From NCBI GenBank assembly GCA_963708675.1, contig CAVPTO010000003.1, positions 1,540,719 through 1,604,718 on the forward strand: a stretch of 64,000 nt of DNA. Reading direction: 5' to 3'. Each line of letters begins with the position of its first letter. Within the stretch, counting starts at the first letter, position 1. Positions 40,100-48,176 of this stretch are shown piece after piece. The notes under the pieces were generated by a model. That model made no database searches and was not told the origin of the DNA. It saw only the letters and a list, made by a program, of their open reading frames with translations. The stretch is from an uncultured Planctomycetota bacterium (GTDB taxonomy: Bacteria; Planctomycetota; Planctomycetia; Pirellulales; PNKZ01). Made by a program: the position numbers and the translations under genes.

Positions 40100-41581
40100 T
40101 CAATCGCCGAGCGTCGATTTCCGCCGCAGGATGTGGTGATAGTGCTGCGCGAAGCGATGGGCCTCATCTCTCACGTATTGCAGCAATCGGAGCGCGTACG
40201 AATGCCGGCTCAGGCGCAGAGGTTCCGAAACACCGGCGATGAAGATCTCTTCCTCGCGCTTGGCCAGCGAAATGACCGTAGGTGGTTGCAGCTCCAACTC
40301 GCGAAACGCCGCCAGCCCTGCGTTAAGCTGCCCCTTGCCGCCGTCGATCAGCAGGATGTCGGGCTTCGGATCGCCGTCATCGCTTAACCGTTTGAACCTT
40401 CGCGCCACCACTTCGTGAATGCTCGCAAAGTCGTCGATCCCTTCGACGCCGCGAATCTTGTAACGCTTGTAGCCCGGTTTGAACGGCACGCCGTCGATGA
40501 ACTGCACGAGGCTCGCGACCGTCTCGCCACCACCCAGGTGCGCAATGTCGACACCTTCGATCGTCCGCGGCGTCTCGTCGAGTTGCAGCACCTTCTTCAA
40601 TCCCGCCAGCCCGCGCTTCGGGTCGATGTAGAACACCTCAGGCTGAGCGTGCGTCGACAGTTCGCCGCGTCGATCGAGCGTTTCGAGCATCTGAATCTCG
40701 TCGCGCAGTCGGGCGGCCTTCTCGAACCGTCGCCCCTCGGCCGCTTTCTTCATTTCGCGACGCATGCTGTTCAGCAGCCGATCTTTCTTCCCCTCGAGCA
40801 CCATGCGCAGCTTGGCGATGTCGCGGCGATAGTCCTCTTTCGAGATCCGCATGTTGCATGGCGCGGTGCACTGGTCGATGCTCGCGAGCAAACAGGGGCG
40901 AAACCATCGCCAACGGTCGTCCCCTTCCTCGATGTCCAGCGAGCACGTGCGGAACTTGAAGATCTTCTGCAGCACCTGGATCGCCCCGCGAAGGCTGCCG
41001 GCACTTGTGAACGGCCCGTACAGTTTCGTCCCGCGAGTCTCCGGCTTTCGGGTGAACTCGATACGTGGGAAATCCTCGCGCGTCGTCAGCTGCAGATAGG
41101 GGAACGTCTTGTTGTCTTTCAGCTCCTGATTGAACTTCGGCTGAATGTCCTTGATCAACCGCGCCTCGGCCAACAGAGCGTCGACTTCGCTGTCGCAGGC
41201 CAGAAAATCGATATCGGCGATCTCGCGCGTCAGCTCGGCCGTGCGTCGTTCTTCGGCGGCGGCTTTCAGGAAGTAACTCCCCGCACGGCTGCGCAGGTTC
41301 GTTGCCTTGCCGATGTAAATGACCGTCCCCGCGGCGTCCTTCATCAGATACACGCCTGGCGTGGTCGGAAACTCGCGCACCTTCGCCGCTGCGGCACGAA
41401 ACGCCTCGCGGCGCGTGCTCAAATAGGTCGCCTCGACGGCGGGCGCCGCTGGCTCGGGCGGCGGAGCTTCTTCCTCCGTAACCTCGGCAACTTCCTCGAA
41501 TTCGTCGCTAAATTCGTCGCCGTCAATCATGCTGCTTTCCTGGCGCCACGCATCTTGGGCCCTACGCGGCGTTCCTGGCAA
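40100..41581 (-). CDS. uvrC: excinuclease ABC subunit C (short form lacking the C-terminal HhH2 domain)
   Basis: GIY-YIG motif GVYLMKDAAGTVIYIGKATNLRSRAGSYF; endonuclease domain IEGVDIAHLGG...LLIDGGKGQLN...VRDEAHRFA. The ORF ends ...HHILRRKSTLGD*, just where the (HhH)2 domain normally begins. Confidence 0.85.
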   Translation of the reverse strand: MPGTPRRAQDAWRQESSMIDGDEFSDEFEEVAEVTEEEAPPPEPAAPAVEATYLSTRREAFRAAAAKVREFPTTPGVYLMKDAAGTVIYIGKATNLRSRAGSYFLKAAAEERRTAELTREIADIDFLACDSEVDALLAEARLIKDIQPKFNQELKDNKTFPYLQLTTREDFPRIEFTRKPETRGTKLYGPFTSAGSLRGAIQVLQKIFKFRTCSLDIEEGDDRWRWFRPCLLASIDQCTAPCNMRISKEDYRRDIAKLRMVLEGKKDRLLNSMRREMKKAAEGRRFEKAARLRDEIQMLETLDRRGELSTHAQPEVFYIDPKRGLAGLKKVLQLDETPRTIEGVDIAHLGGGETVASLVQFIDGVPFKPGYKRYKIRGVEGIDDFASIHEVVARRFKRLSDDGDPKPDILLIDGGKGQLNAGLAAFRELELQPPTVISLAKREEEIFIAGVSEPLRLSRHSYALRLLQYVRDEAHRFAQHYHHILRRKSTLGD

Positions 41582-41669
41582 TCCGTTGGGTCCGTAGCTA
41601 TTGTATCTGCAAAGGGGAAGTGCCGGTCTTTACGCTTGCATGCCGAACCATTTATCCGGGAAACCATTC

Positions 41670-42503
41670 ATGCCCACGCCGCTATCACGTCGTCATTTCC
41701 TCAAAGCAGCCACCGCCACCGGCGTCGCCCTGATCGGTGCTCGCCACGCCTCCGCTGCCTTCGCCGCACCGGCCTACAAAGTCGGCATCCAGATGTACTC
41801 GCTCCGCGGCTACCCGGTCGACGTGGCCCTCAAGCACGCTCATGACCTCGGCTTCGAAGTCATCGAAATGTATCCCGTACAGTTCCCGATCAAGTCCGAC
41901 GACGAACAAATCGCCGCGACGAAGAAGAAGTTCGCCGAGCTGAACCTCAAATGCCTCGGCCACGGCGTGAACCGTTTTACCGCCGACGCCGAAGCCAACC
42001 GCCGCATCTTCGAGTTCGCCAAGAAGGCCGGCATTCGCAATCTGACGGCCGACCCCGATCCCGCCGCGTTCGACAACCTCGACAAGCTCGTCGAGGAGTT
42101 CGACATCCGCATCGCGATCCACAATCACGGCCCGTCGCACCGCTACAACAAGGTGACCGACGTCCTCAACGCCGTTCGCGATCATCACACCCACATCGGC
42201 GCCTGTGCCGACCTCGGCCACTACATCCGCAGCGGCGAAGACCCGGTCGAGGTGATCCGTTCGCTCAAGGGCCGCTTGTACGGCGTCCACCTCAAGGACT
42301 TCGCCGAGCAGAAGGAGAAGACCGAAGGCGTGATCCTTGGCAAAGGCCATCTCGACGTCCCCGCCGTCTTCCGCGCTCTGCGTCAGGTCGAGTTCCCCGC
42401 CGACGGCAGCTTGTCTCTCGAATACGAAGAGCACAAAGACAACCCGTTGGCCGACATCCGCGAGTGCCTCGCCATCGCCAACTCCGCCGCCCAATCGGCC
42501 TAG
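41670..42503 (+). CDS. Tat-signal sugar phosphate isomerase/epimerase (xylose isomerase-like TIM barrel)
   Basis: MPTPLSRRHFLKAATATGVALIGA is a twin-arginine signal. ...IAIHNHGPSH...GACADLGHY.... Confidence 0.75.
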   Translation: MPTPLSRRHFLKAATATGVALIGARHASAAFAAPAYKVGIQMYSLRGYPVDVALKHAHDLGFEVIEMYPVQFPIKSDDEQIAATKKKFAELNLKCLGHGVNRFTADAEANRRIFEFAKKAGIRNLTADPDPAAFDNLDKLVEEFDIRIAIHNHGPSHRYNKVTDVLNAVRDHHTHIGACADLGHYIRSGEDPVEVIRSLKGRLYGVHLKDFAEQKEKTEGVILGKGHLDVPAVFRALRQVEFPADGSLSLEYEEHKDNPLADIRECLAIANSAAQSA

Positions 42504-42547
42504 CGCGACACCGATCGAACGCCTCACCGCATCCAAAACCGCCTCGC

Positions 42548-42588
42548 ATTATTGCGCACCCTATAGACACGGGTTTATGCGCAATAAT
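42548..42588. repeat. 11-bp perfect inverted repeat with a 19-nt spacer at the left edge of the cassette-like array
   Basis: ATTATTGCGCA (42548-58) and TGCGCAATAAT (42578-88). Confidence 0.8.
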
Positions 42589-42665
42589 TCGGGGTGCGGA
42601 TAGTTCCTGCGCTCAGAAGTCAATGGATGAAGAGGCCGTTGCACAAGGCGATCGCGCTCGTCGAT

Positions 42666-42770
42666 CCGCAGGATCTTGACTGTTTTGGCTCGTTCGCTTC
42701 GATCACGGTAGAATGGCCATTAACTTTGCTAACGGTGAGCGGGTATCTGAGCTTCTTTTTTTCATTAGGT
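42666..42770 (+). repeat. array repeat copy 1 (attC-like / promoter-leader repeat)
   Basis: CCGCAGGATCTTGACTGTTTTGGCTCGTTCGCTTCGATCACGGTAGAATGG...GAGCGGGTATCTGAGC...ATTAGGT aligns with copies 2-6. Confidence 0.8.
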
Positions 42771-42793
42771 CCAACTCCGCGAAGTGTGTCCGC

Positions 42794-43036
42794 ATGTCGG
42801 AGCGTATCGAACCCCATAGAGCCGCTTCTTGGCCCTCGCAATTCAGTGTAAGGGCGCTGCTCCTGTTTGTTGGAGTCGTTTGTGTCTTGGCCGCAAGCTT
42901 AACTTGGGCTAAACGCCTCCTTGATGAATTGGATGAATTGGGCGAGGCAATGGTCCTTGGTGCGACAGGCCCCGTGGAGACAGAAAGCGCTTACCAGATG
43001 CGCTCAAGCCACTTATTCGCGGCGAGATCGGTCTAA
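42794..43036 (+). CDS. cassette ORF: N-terminally anchored small protein (possibly the 5' part of one gene continuing in 43054..43371)
   Basis: MSERIEPHRAASWPSQFSVRALLLFVGVVCVLAASL.... The adjacent frame is open from 42937 and reads ...ALKPLIRGEIGLKLDGKTLSVQC..., so a frameshift near 42990-43000 is possible. Confidence 0.45.
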   Translation: MSERIEPHRAASWPSQFSVRALLLFVGVVCVLAASLTWAKRLLDELDELGEAMVLGATGPVETESAYQMRSSHLFAARSV

Positions 43037-43053
43037 AGCTCGACGGAAAGACG

Positions 43054-43371
43054 TTGTCCGTTCAATGTTTGCAATCCGGATGGGATGCGGAATACGTTTG
43101 TAAATTTGCAGCCAATGAACAACTGCGCAACAAGATCATCACACAATTTGGGTTATCGCCCGTAACAATTCCTCCCCAATGGAGTCTATTCGTCCGTCAC
43201 TTCCCCCTCACGAGATCGCAGACACCGCCTTGGCAGATTCCGAAAGCGACCCAGTGCGACGCTTACTGTGCATCCGATGGTTTCATGAATCACGAACCGA
43301 ACGATCGATTTGAGATGCTGTATAAAGCTGATACTGGCGTTATCTATCTGCACCATTATTACGATTTCTGA
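43054..43371 (+). CDS. cassette ORF (hypothetical; possibly the 3' part of the preceding gene)
   Basis: ...LSVQCLQSGWDAEYVCKFAANEQLRNKIITQFGLSPVTIP...VIYLHHYYDF. No family recognised. Confidence 0.4.
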   Translation: MSVQCLQSGWDAEYVCKFAANEQLRNKIITQFGLSPVTIPPQWSLFVRHFPLTRSQTPPWQIPKATQCDAYCASDGFMNHEPNDRFEMLYKADTGVIYLHHYYDF

Positions 43372-43416
43372 GACATCATCGAACAACCCGATTGACCGCA
43401 GAATCCACGACTACAT

Positions 43417-44070
43417 TTGAGTTGCACTTGTTCGCGCAATTGGCATATTCGCTTGGGCCTTTACGAATACTTGGTGCGATTGGATGCTCGACGAGCGATT
43501 ATAGTAGGCAATGGTTTTTTCGGCCTTCTTTGGCTGTTGATAACCGGCTACGGATTGGCCTCCTTCTTTTCGCGTGATGTCCATGGCCTTGGAAAGATCG
43601 TCTGGATCGCGGGGAGTTTTTGGCTGGGAATCCTTCTCTCTATTGCACTACTGGTTGTCGCTCATCGACGAAGCGTGGCATGGCACATTGGGGCATGCAT
43701 TCCGGCAATCGTTTCCGTCTGCGTTCTCGCCCTCGCGTTTGCGGTAAATCCTCCGGTGCAAGAAGCCGCCCAGGTCGCCTTCAACAGCGCCGAGTGGAAG
43801 GGCAAGAAAGAAACCCGAAACGCAATGGTAAGCGACCTCATTGCACACCACCTTTCTACGGCAATGACTTCCGCCGACGTAGAGACCCTACTTGGTAGGC
43901 CGACCGAGTCCTATCGCTCCGAAGAACTGTTAAATCCATACCCGCGAGAATCGACGTTCTTTTTATTCTACGAGATGAAGCCGTGCGAAGGATGTCTTGA
44001 TTACAGCAGAATCGTAGTGTCGTTCGGCCCAGACGGCCGGTACCGCTTCGCAGAAGTACAAAACAAGTAG
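43417..44070 (+). CDS. cassette ORF: multi-TM membrane protein with a soluble C-terminal domain (start uncertain)
   Basis: Four hydrophobic segments (FFGLLWLLITGYGLASFF, IVWIAGSFWLGILLSIALLVV, IGACIPAIVSVCVLALAFAV). No ATG near the 5' end, so an alternative start is likely. Confidence 0.5.
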   Translation: MSCTCSRNWHIRLGLYEYLVRLDARRAIIVGNGFFGLLWLLITGYGLASFFSRDVHGLGKIVWIAGSFWLGILLSIALLVVAHRRSVAWHIGACIPAIVSVCVLALAFAVNPPVQEAAQVAFNSAEWKGKKETRNAMVSDLIAHHLSTAMTSADVETLLGRPTESYRSEELLNPYPRESTFFLFYEMKPCEGCLDYSRIVVSFGPDGRYRFAEVQNK

Positions 44071-44189
44071 CCCTTAAGGTTAGGACGTACGGGAGGGTAG
44101 AGGGTACAAGGGGACAGTCTACGTTATTGGGAATAAGTAGAATGTCCCTATTCTGTCCTCCTATTCTGTCCTCAATCGCTGCCGTGGAA

Positions 44190-44289
44190 CCGCAGCTACT
44201 TGGCGCGTTTTGATCGTTGACTTCGGCAGCGTTACAATCAGCCTTAACCCTGCTGATGTCGAGCGGGCAACTAATTTTCCTCGTAAGGC
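44190..44289 (+). repeat. array repeat copy 2
   Basis: CCGCAGCTACTTGGCGCGTTTTGATCGTTGACTTCGGCAGCGTTACAATCAGCCTTAACCCTGCTGATGTCGAGCGGGCAACTAA...GTAAGGC. Confidence 0.8.
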
Positions 44290-44299
44290 GAATGAAGTC

Positions 44300-44617
44300 G
44301 TGACGGACGAAACCGCGGGCCGGTGCGTTGTTTGTGGTGCACCGGGAAAGGTTCATTGCACGTCGGCAGACGCAAGAAGTTGTGCGTCATCGAGTCAATC
44401 GTTCTGCCTCGAACACTTCCCTGTCGAAATGCGCGACAAGCTGCCATTTGGGCCGCACAAGACTGCCGCTGAGGAGGTAGCGCTGCTTCGTAACAAACTC
44501 GCCGCGCTCGATTCACGAGCTATCGACGCTACCCTGCGAGACGAAATTCGCACTGAGTTGGAGCAAATCATCGCCGACATTGAGGCCGGTAGACGACGCC
44601 TAAGCGATCTCGCCTAA
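44300..44617 (+). CDS. cassette ORF: small Cys-containing (zinc-finger-like) protein with a coiled-coil tail
   Basis: From GTG 44300: TDETAGRCVVCGAPGKVHCTS...CLEHFP...EEVALLRNKLAALD.... Its stop codon TAA lies inside GCCTAAC (the R''-like box of copy 3). Confidence 0.5.
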   Translation: MTDETAGRCVVCGAPGKVHCTSADARSCASSSQSFCLEHFPVEMRDKLPFGPHKTAAEEVALLRNKLAALDSRAIDATLRDEIRTELEQIIADIEAGRRRLSDLA

Positions 44618-44735
44618 CAAGACGCAGCGGTTAACCCGCAACTTCTTGGCGCGTTTGGCTCGTTCGCTTCGGCTGCGGTACAATCAGCTTCAACCCTGCT
44701 CAACGTGGGCGGGCAACTGAGCCTTTTCGGTAGGC
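44612..44735 (+). repeat. array repeat copy 3 (best attC-like: GCCTAAC ... GGTAGGC, 124 bp)
   Basis: Outer complementary boxes are GCCTAAC and GGTAGGC. Inner stem is GGTTaACCCGC / GCGGGCAAC. The core is identical to the other copies, including TTGGCT-N18-TACAAT. Confidence 0.85.
44655..44684 (+). promoter_or_regulatory. sigma-70-like -35/-10 motif inside the array repeat (example from copy 3)
   Basis: TTGGCT, 18 nt, TACAAT. The motif is conserved in position in copies 3-5 (TTGGCT or TTGGTT). Copies 1 and 6 carry TAGAAT as the -10. Copy 2 has a degenerate -35 (TTGATC). Confidence 0.4.
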
Positions 44736-44737
44736 CG

Positions 44738-45277
44738 ATGATGCCGAGGCCAAGATTCACGCTCTCACAGTTTCTTTTAATCGCGACATGGTGCGCTATC
44801 TCGGCCATGATCACTGTCCGGTATTTTGCAGCGAGACCGTACGCCGGAGAATTCCCGGACATTCAAGAAGCGACGTATCCCAGTTCCGGACTCGATCGAG
44901 ACTGGTCGACAACAATTACTCCCGATGTCATTGCACGCTTACCAACTTGGCATCCAGCAGATCAGAATCCACCGGTTAGTGCATATTCCGCCCTTTCGAT
45001 TGCGAATCGCTACCGACGCGACCATCTTCGTGATCGAAACGATTGGAAATGGATTCTTGAATCGATCGCGCTCATTCCAATTGACGGCAAAAACAACAAG
45101 TGGTGCTGGTCGGTCAGTTTTGCAGCGTACCCTGAAAGTGGAGGATCAAGTGGCTGTCCCACGCTCTCGGTTTTCGTGAGAATGGACGGAACAGTCATCG
45201 AGCCCACTTCTGAAGCGCAGCATGCTAGGGTCGACATGGGGATTCTTGAGACACACGTCATCGGGCACAGGAACTAA
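44738..45277 (+). CDS. cassette ORF: N-terminally anchored hypothetical protein
   Basis: MMPRPRFTLSQFLLIATWCAISAMITV... is an anchor. The ATG lies 2 nt after the GGTAGGC box. Confidence 0.55.
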   Translation: MMPRPRFTLSQFLLIATWCAISAMITVRYFAARPYAGEFPDIQEATYPSSGLDRDWSTTITPDVIARLPTWHPADQNPPVSAYSALSIANRYRRDHLRDRNDWKWILESIALIPIDGKNNKWCWSVSFAAYPESGGSSGCPTLSVFVRMDGTVIEPTSEAQHARVDMGILETHVIGHRN

Positions 45278-45282
45278 CGCCG

Positions 45283-45404
45283 TCCTAACCGTTCGCTCCA
45301 GTTGACCGCAGGTTCTTGGCGCGTTTGGCTCGTTCCCTTCAGTCACGGTACAATCGGCTTCAACCCTGCTGACGGTCAGCGGCAACTGAGTCTTTTTGTT
45401 AGGT
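45283..45404 (+). repeat. array repeat copy 4 (TCCTAAC ... GTTAGGT, 122 bp)
   Basis: Outer CCTAAC/GTTAGG are complementary. Inner stem is CAGTTGaCCGC / GCGGCAACTG. Confidence 0.85.
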
Positions 45405-45406
45405 CT

Positions 45407-45874
45407 ATGTGGTGTCGTATCAAACGACTTGCCTTTCCCGCTCTTTGCTGGATTGTCACGTTCGTGTCTGCGATCGGCGTGTGGCTCTTCGGTGCAGCGA
45501 TTTTGAACGTTATCGCTGCAAGATCATGGCCAGCGTGTGAGTGCTTGATAAAGAACGCTGCAATCGAAACGCAGCGAGGCAATAGTCGCGTCAAGGTCGA
45601 GTACGAGTACATCGTCGGACAGACCACGTATACGTCTTCTCGCTATAAATTCCTTCACGGCTACACAAGCTGGCGAAAAGTCCTTCCGGCAGGCTTGGTT
45701 TCTGGCGCACGTGCTAAGTGCTTTGTCGACCCCGGCAATCCAAACAGTGCGGTCATCGAGCGCGGCATGACCTGGGATATGCTCTTCGGCCTTATTCCCT
45801 TGCTCCTCTTCATTATTTGTGGCCCAGCTGCGGTAGCGACCATTTTCGCGCGAAGCGACCTATCTAATCGCTGA
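45407..45874 (+). CDS. cassette ORF: DUF3592-like membrane protein
   Basis: MWCRIKRLAFPALCWIVTFVSAIGVWLFGAAIL...GNSRVKVEYEYIVGQTTYTSSRY... with a C-terminal TM segment. This architecture is typical of DUF3592. Confidence 0.6.
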   Translation: MWCRIKRLAFPALCWIVTFVSAIGVWLFGAAILNVIAARSWPACECLIKNAAIETQRGNSRVKVEYEYIVGQTTYTSSRYKFLHGYTSWRKVLPAGLVSGARAKCFVDPGNPNSAVIERGMTWDMLFGLIPLLLFIICGPAAVATIFARSDLSNR

Positions 45875-45981
45875 AAGTTGCTCCGCAGGTTCTCGGGCAT
45901 TTGGTTCGTTCGCTTCGGTCACGCTACAATCAGCTTCAACCCTGCTGGCGTGCAGCGAGCAACTGGGCCTTTTCGTTAGGC
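45862..45981 (+). repeat. array repeat copy 5 (ATCTAAT ... GTTAGGC, 120 bp)
   Basis: Inner stem is AGTTGCTCcGC / GCGAGCAACT, which covaries relative to copies 3 and 4. Confidence 0.85.
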
Positions 45982-45983
45982 AT

Positions 45984-46472
45984 ATGAACGAGCTTATCGC
46001 GCTGATCGATGATGCGTTTGATAAGCGACCTCGCCCAGACGATTGGGATATCACGCACTGCACCTACGACAAGAAATACGGAGGTTCCTTTAACGGGCCT
46101 TGCGGCGAGTGCGCCAGGATGTCCGCTTTTTTCAAAGGGAAATCCTGGCGACATCTTACGGGCAAAGAGTTGCATCGCGAGGGTCAGTCGGCCGGTCTCT
46201 TTACAGTTCCGGCATACTGCTATTTTCTTCCTGCATTTTTAATCGCGGCAATACGGGAACGCGAAGACGCCGACGTTTGCGTTGACCATCTCGCGTATAC
46301 TTTTGGTCCTAAAAGCGACAACAAATGGGCTACGGACCGGGCAGCACACATCTTCGCGCAACTGAGTGTCGAAGAGCGAGAGGCAACTTTAGCGTACTTT
46401 CGCTTGGCTCTATCTGGTGACGGAGACTTTGACGGTTATTGTGAGCGCGCTATCCGCACGCTTAGCGCGTAA
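45984..46472 (+). CDS. cassette ORF: hypothetical cytoplasmic protein
   Basis: MNELIALIDDAFDKRPRPDDWDITHCTYDKKYGG.... The ATG lies 2 nt after GTTAGGC. No family recognised. Confidence 0.55.
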   Translation: MNELIALIDDAFDKRPRPDDWDITHCTYDKKYGGSFNGPCGECARMSAFFKGKSWRHLTGKELHREGQSAGLFTVPAYCYFLPAFLIAAIREREDADVCVDHLAYTFGPKSDNKWATDRAAHIFAQLSVEEREATLAYFRLALSGDGDFDGYCERAIRTLSA

Positions 46473-46526
46473 CCGTTCTCTGGCTCTCAAGAACAAAGGC
46501 GGTTCGTGATTCGCTGTCGACAACAC

Positions 46527-46850
46527 TGGAATGCCCCGGATTTCTGTACCAGGGATTATGAGAGTATGGGTTGGGTAAACGAAACGGCAGTGTGCTGCTG
46601 GAGTGAGGGCTGAGGCGCAGCCGAAGCCCGAACGGAAGCAGCACACTGCCGTGCGAACTCCGCCGGGGTCTGGTAGCCAAGACTGCTGTGCGGTCGCTCC
46701 TGGTTGTGCTCGTGCAGCCGTCGCTGGGCGAACCAACGAGCCTCGGCCAGGTTCATGAACTCTTCCACGTTCAACAACTCGTCTCGCAGCCGACTGAAGA
46801 ACGATTCGGCATAGCCGTTCTGCCACGGCGCACCAGGCTCGATGTACAAC
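46527..46850 (-). repeat. extra copy of the IS left end (IR plus the 3' part of orfB)
   Basis: ORFs 46556..46849 and 46880..47263 share the identical C-terminal tract YIEPGAPWQNGYAESFFSRLRDELLNVEEF... Confidence 0.8.
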
Positions 46851-46879
46851 TGGAATGCCCCGGATTTCTGTACCAGGGA

Positions 46880-47801
46880 TTATGAGAGTATGGGTTGGGT
46901 AAACGAAACGGCAGTGTGCTGCTGGAGTGAGGGCTGAGGCGCAGCCGAAGCCCGAACGGAAGCAGCACACTGCCGTGCGAACTCCGCCGGGGTCTGGTAG
47001 CCAAGACTGCTGTGCGGTCGCTCCTGGTTGTGCTCGTGCAGCCGTCGCTGGGCGAACCAACGAGCCTCGGCCAGGTTCATGAACTCTTCCACGTTCAACA
47101 ACTCGTCTCGCAGCCGACTGAAGAACGATTCGGCATAGCCGTTCTGCCACGGCGCACCAGGCTCGATGTACAACAGCTCCAGGCCCGCGCCGGGCATGTC
47201 CACGGATCGCCGTCGCGATGAACTCCGGGCCGTTGTCGCTGCGAACATGCTCGGGAACGCCACGTGTCAGGAACAGGTGCGTCAGAACGTCGAGCACCCG
47301 CTCGGCCGGCAGGCTCCGATCGACCTCCAACGCCAGGCATTCACGCGTGTATTCATCGGTGATCGCGAACCACTTCAGCGGTCGACCCGACGCCGTACGA
47401 TCGTGAATGAAGTCCCAAGTCCAAACGTGATCCTTCCGCTCTGCACGACGCCGCACACAGCTGTTGGCACTGTGCCCCAAACGACGGCGTTTCACGGTTC
47501 TTTTCGGCACTTTCAAGCCCTCACGCTGCCACAGACGGTACACCCGCTTGAAGTTCACACGCCACCCCGCTTGTCGCAACTTCGCCGTCATCATCCGATA
47601 GCCGTAACGCGGATACCGCGCCGCCAACGCGTGCAGATCCTTCACCAGCCGCTGCTCTTCGAGCGAGTCTTCGTTCGCTCGATATCGTTGCGTGCTACGC
47701 GGCTGACCCAACGCCTGACATGCCCGACGCTCACTCACGCACTGCCGCTGCCGAACGTAGTCGACCGCAGCGCATCGTCGCGCCGGGCTCAGTAGTTTCC
47801 C
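46880..47801 (-). pseudogene. IS3-family transposase OrfB (DDE integrase core) with an extra frameshift at about 47200-47212
   Basis: ...SPARRCAAVDYVRQRQCVSERRACQALGQPRSTQRY...WTWDFIHDRT...VRSDNGPEFIATAIR, then a frame change, then VDMPGAGLELLYIEPGAPWQNGYAESF...RPHSSLGYQTP. Confidence 0.75.
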
Positions 47802-48067
47802 TCAAGCGCCTCTTTCAAGATCGCCTTGTCCAGTTCCGCCTCGGCCAGCAGCTTCTTCAAACGCTTGTTCTCACCCTCCAACTCTTTCAGTCGCTTCGCC
47901 TCTTCCGACTTCATTCCGCCATATTGATTCCGCCAGCGATGCAGTGTCTGCTCGCTGATCTCCAACGACTGCACCACCTGGCCAATCGTCTTGCCCGCCG
48001 CCAGCATCGTCTCCGCCTCGCGAAGCTTCTTGATGATCTGCTCCGCCGAATGCTTCTTGCCTTTCAT
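47789..48067 (-). CDS. IS3-family transposase OrfA (HTH)
   Basis: MKGKKHSAEQIIKKLREAETMLAAGKTIGQVVQSLEISEQTLHRWRNQYGGMKSEEAKRLKELEGENKRLKKLLAE is the IS3/IS911 OrfA pattern with a leucine zipper. Confidence 0.9.
   Translation of the reverse strand: MKGKKHSAEQIIKKLREAETMLAAGKTIGQVVQSLEISEQTLHRWRNQYGGMKSEEAKRLKELEGENKRLKKLLAEAELDKAILKEALEGNY
47795..47801 (-). promoter_or_regulatory. programmed -1 ribosomal frameshift heptamer G_GGA_AAC at the orfA/orfB overlap
   Basis: The minus strand reads GAG GGA AAC TAC TGA. orfB continues in the -1 frame as GGG AAA CTA CTG AGC.... This fits the X_XXY_YYZ pattern. Confidence 0.7.
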
Positions 48068-48176
48068 CGAAAGTCCTCCTGCCCAAAATGGGCCAATGGA
48101 CTCTCATACCACCCGGATCAAGATTTGGGGAGCATTCCAACACTCGCTGCAACCGATCCCTGCCCGGCGGCCGCCG

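Larger units (their letters stand above)
46527..48139 (-). mobile_element. IS3-family insertion sequence (orfA/orfB), carrying an internal 324-bp tandem duplication of its left end
   Basis: Imperfect terminal IRs: TGGAATGCCCCGGATTTCT...(46527) and ...AGATTTGGGGAGCATTCCA (48139). Flanked by a 4-bp direct repeat, ACAC (46523-26 and 48140-43). Segment 46527-46850 is repeated at 46851-47174. Confidence 0.85.

Noticed and set aside
46410-47738. 442-aa ORF that looks like one large transposase
   Set aside because: It is a chimeric read-through created by the 324-bp tandem duplication and a frameshift. It contains the same out-of-frame block twice (VVHRAWCAVAERLCRIVLQSAARRVVERGRVHEPGRGS...). The genuine OrfB frame gives YIEPGAPWQNGY....
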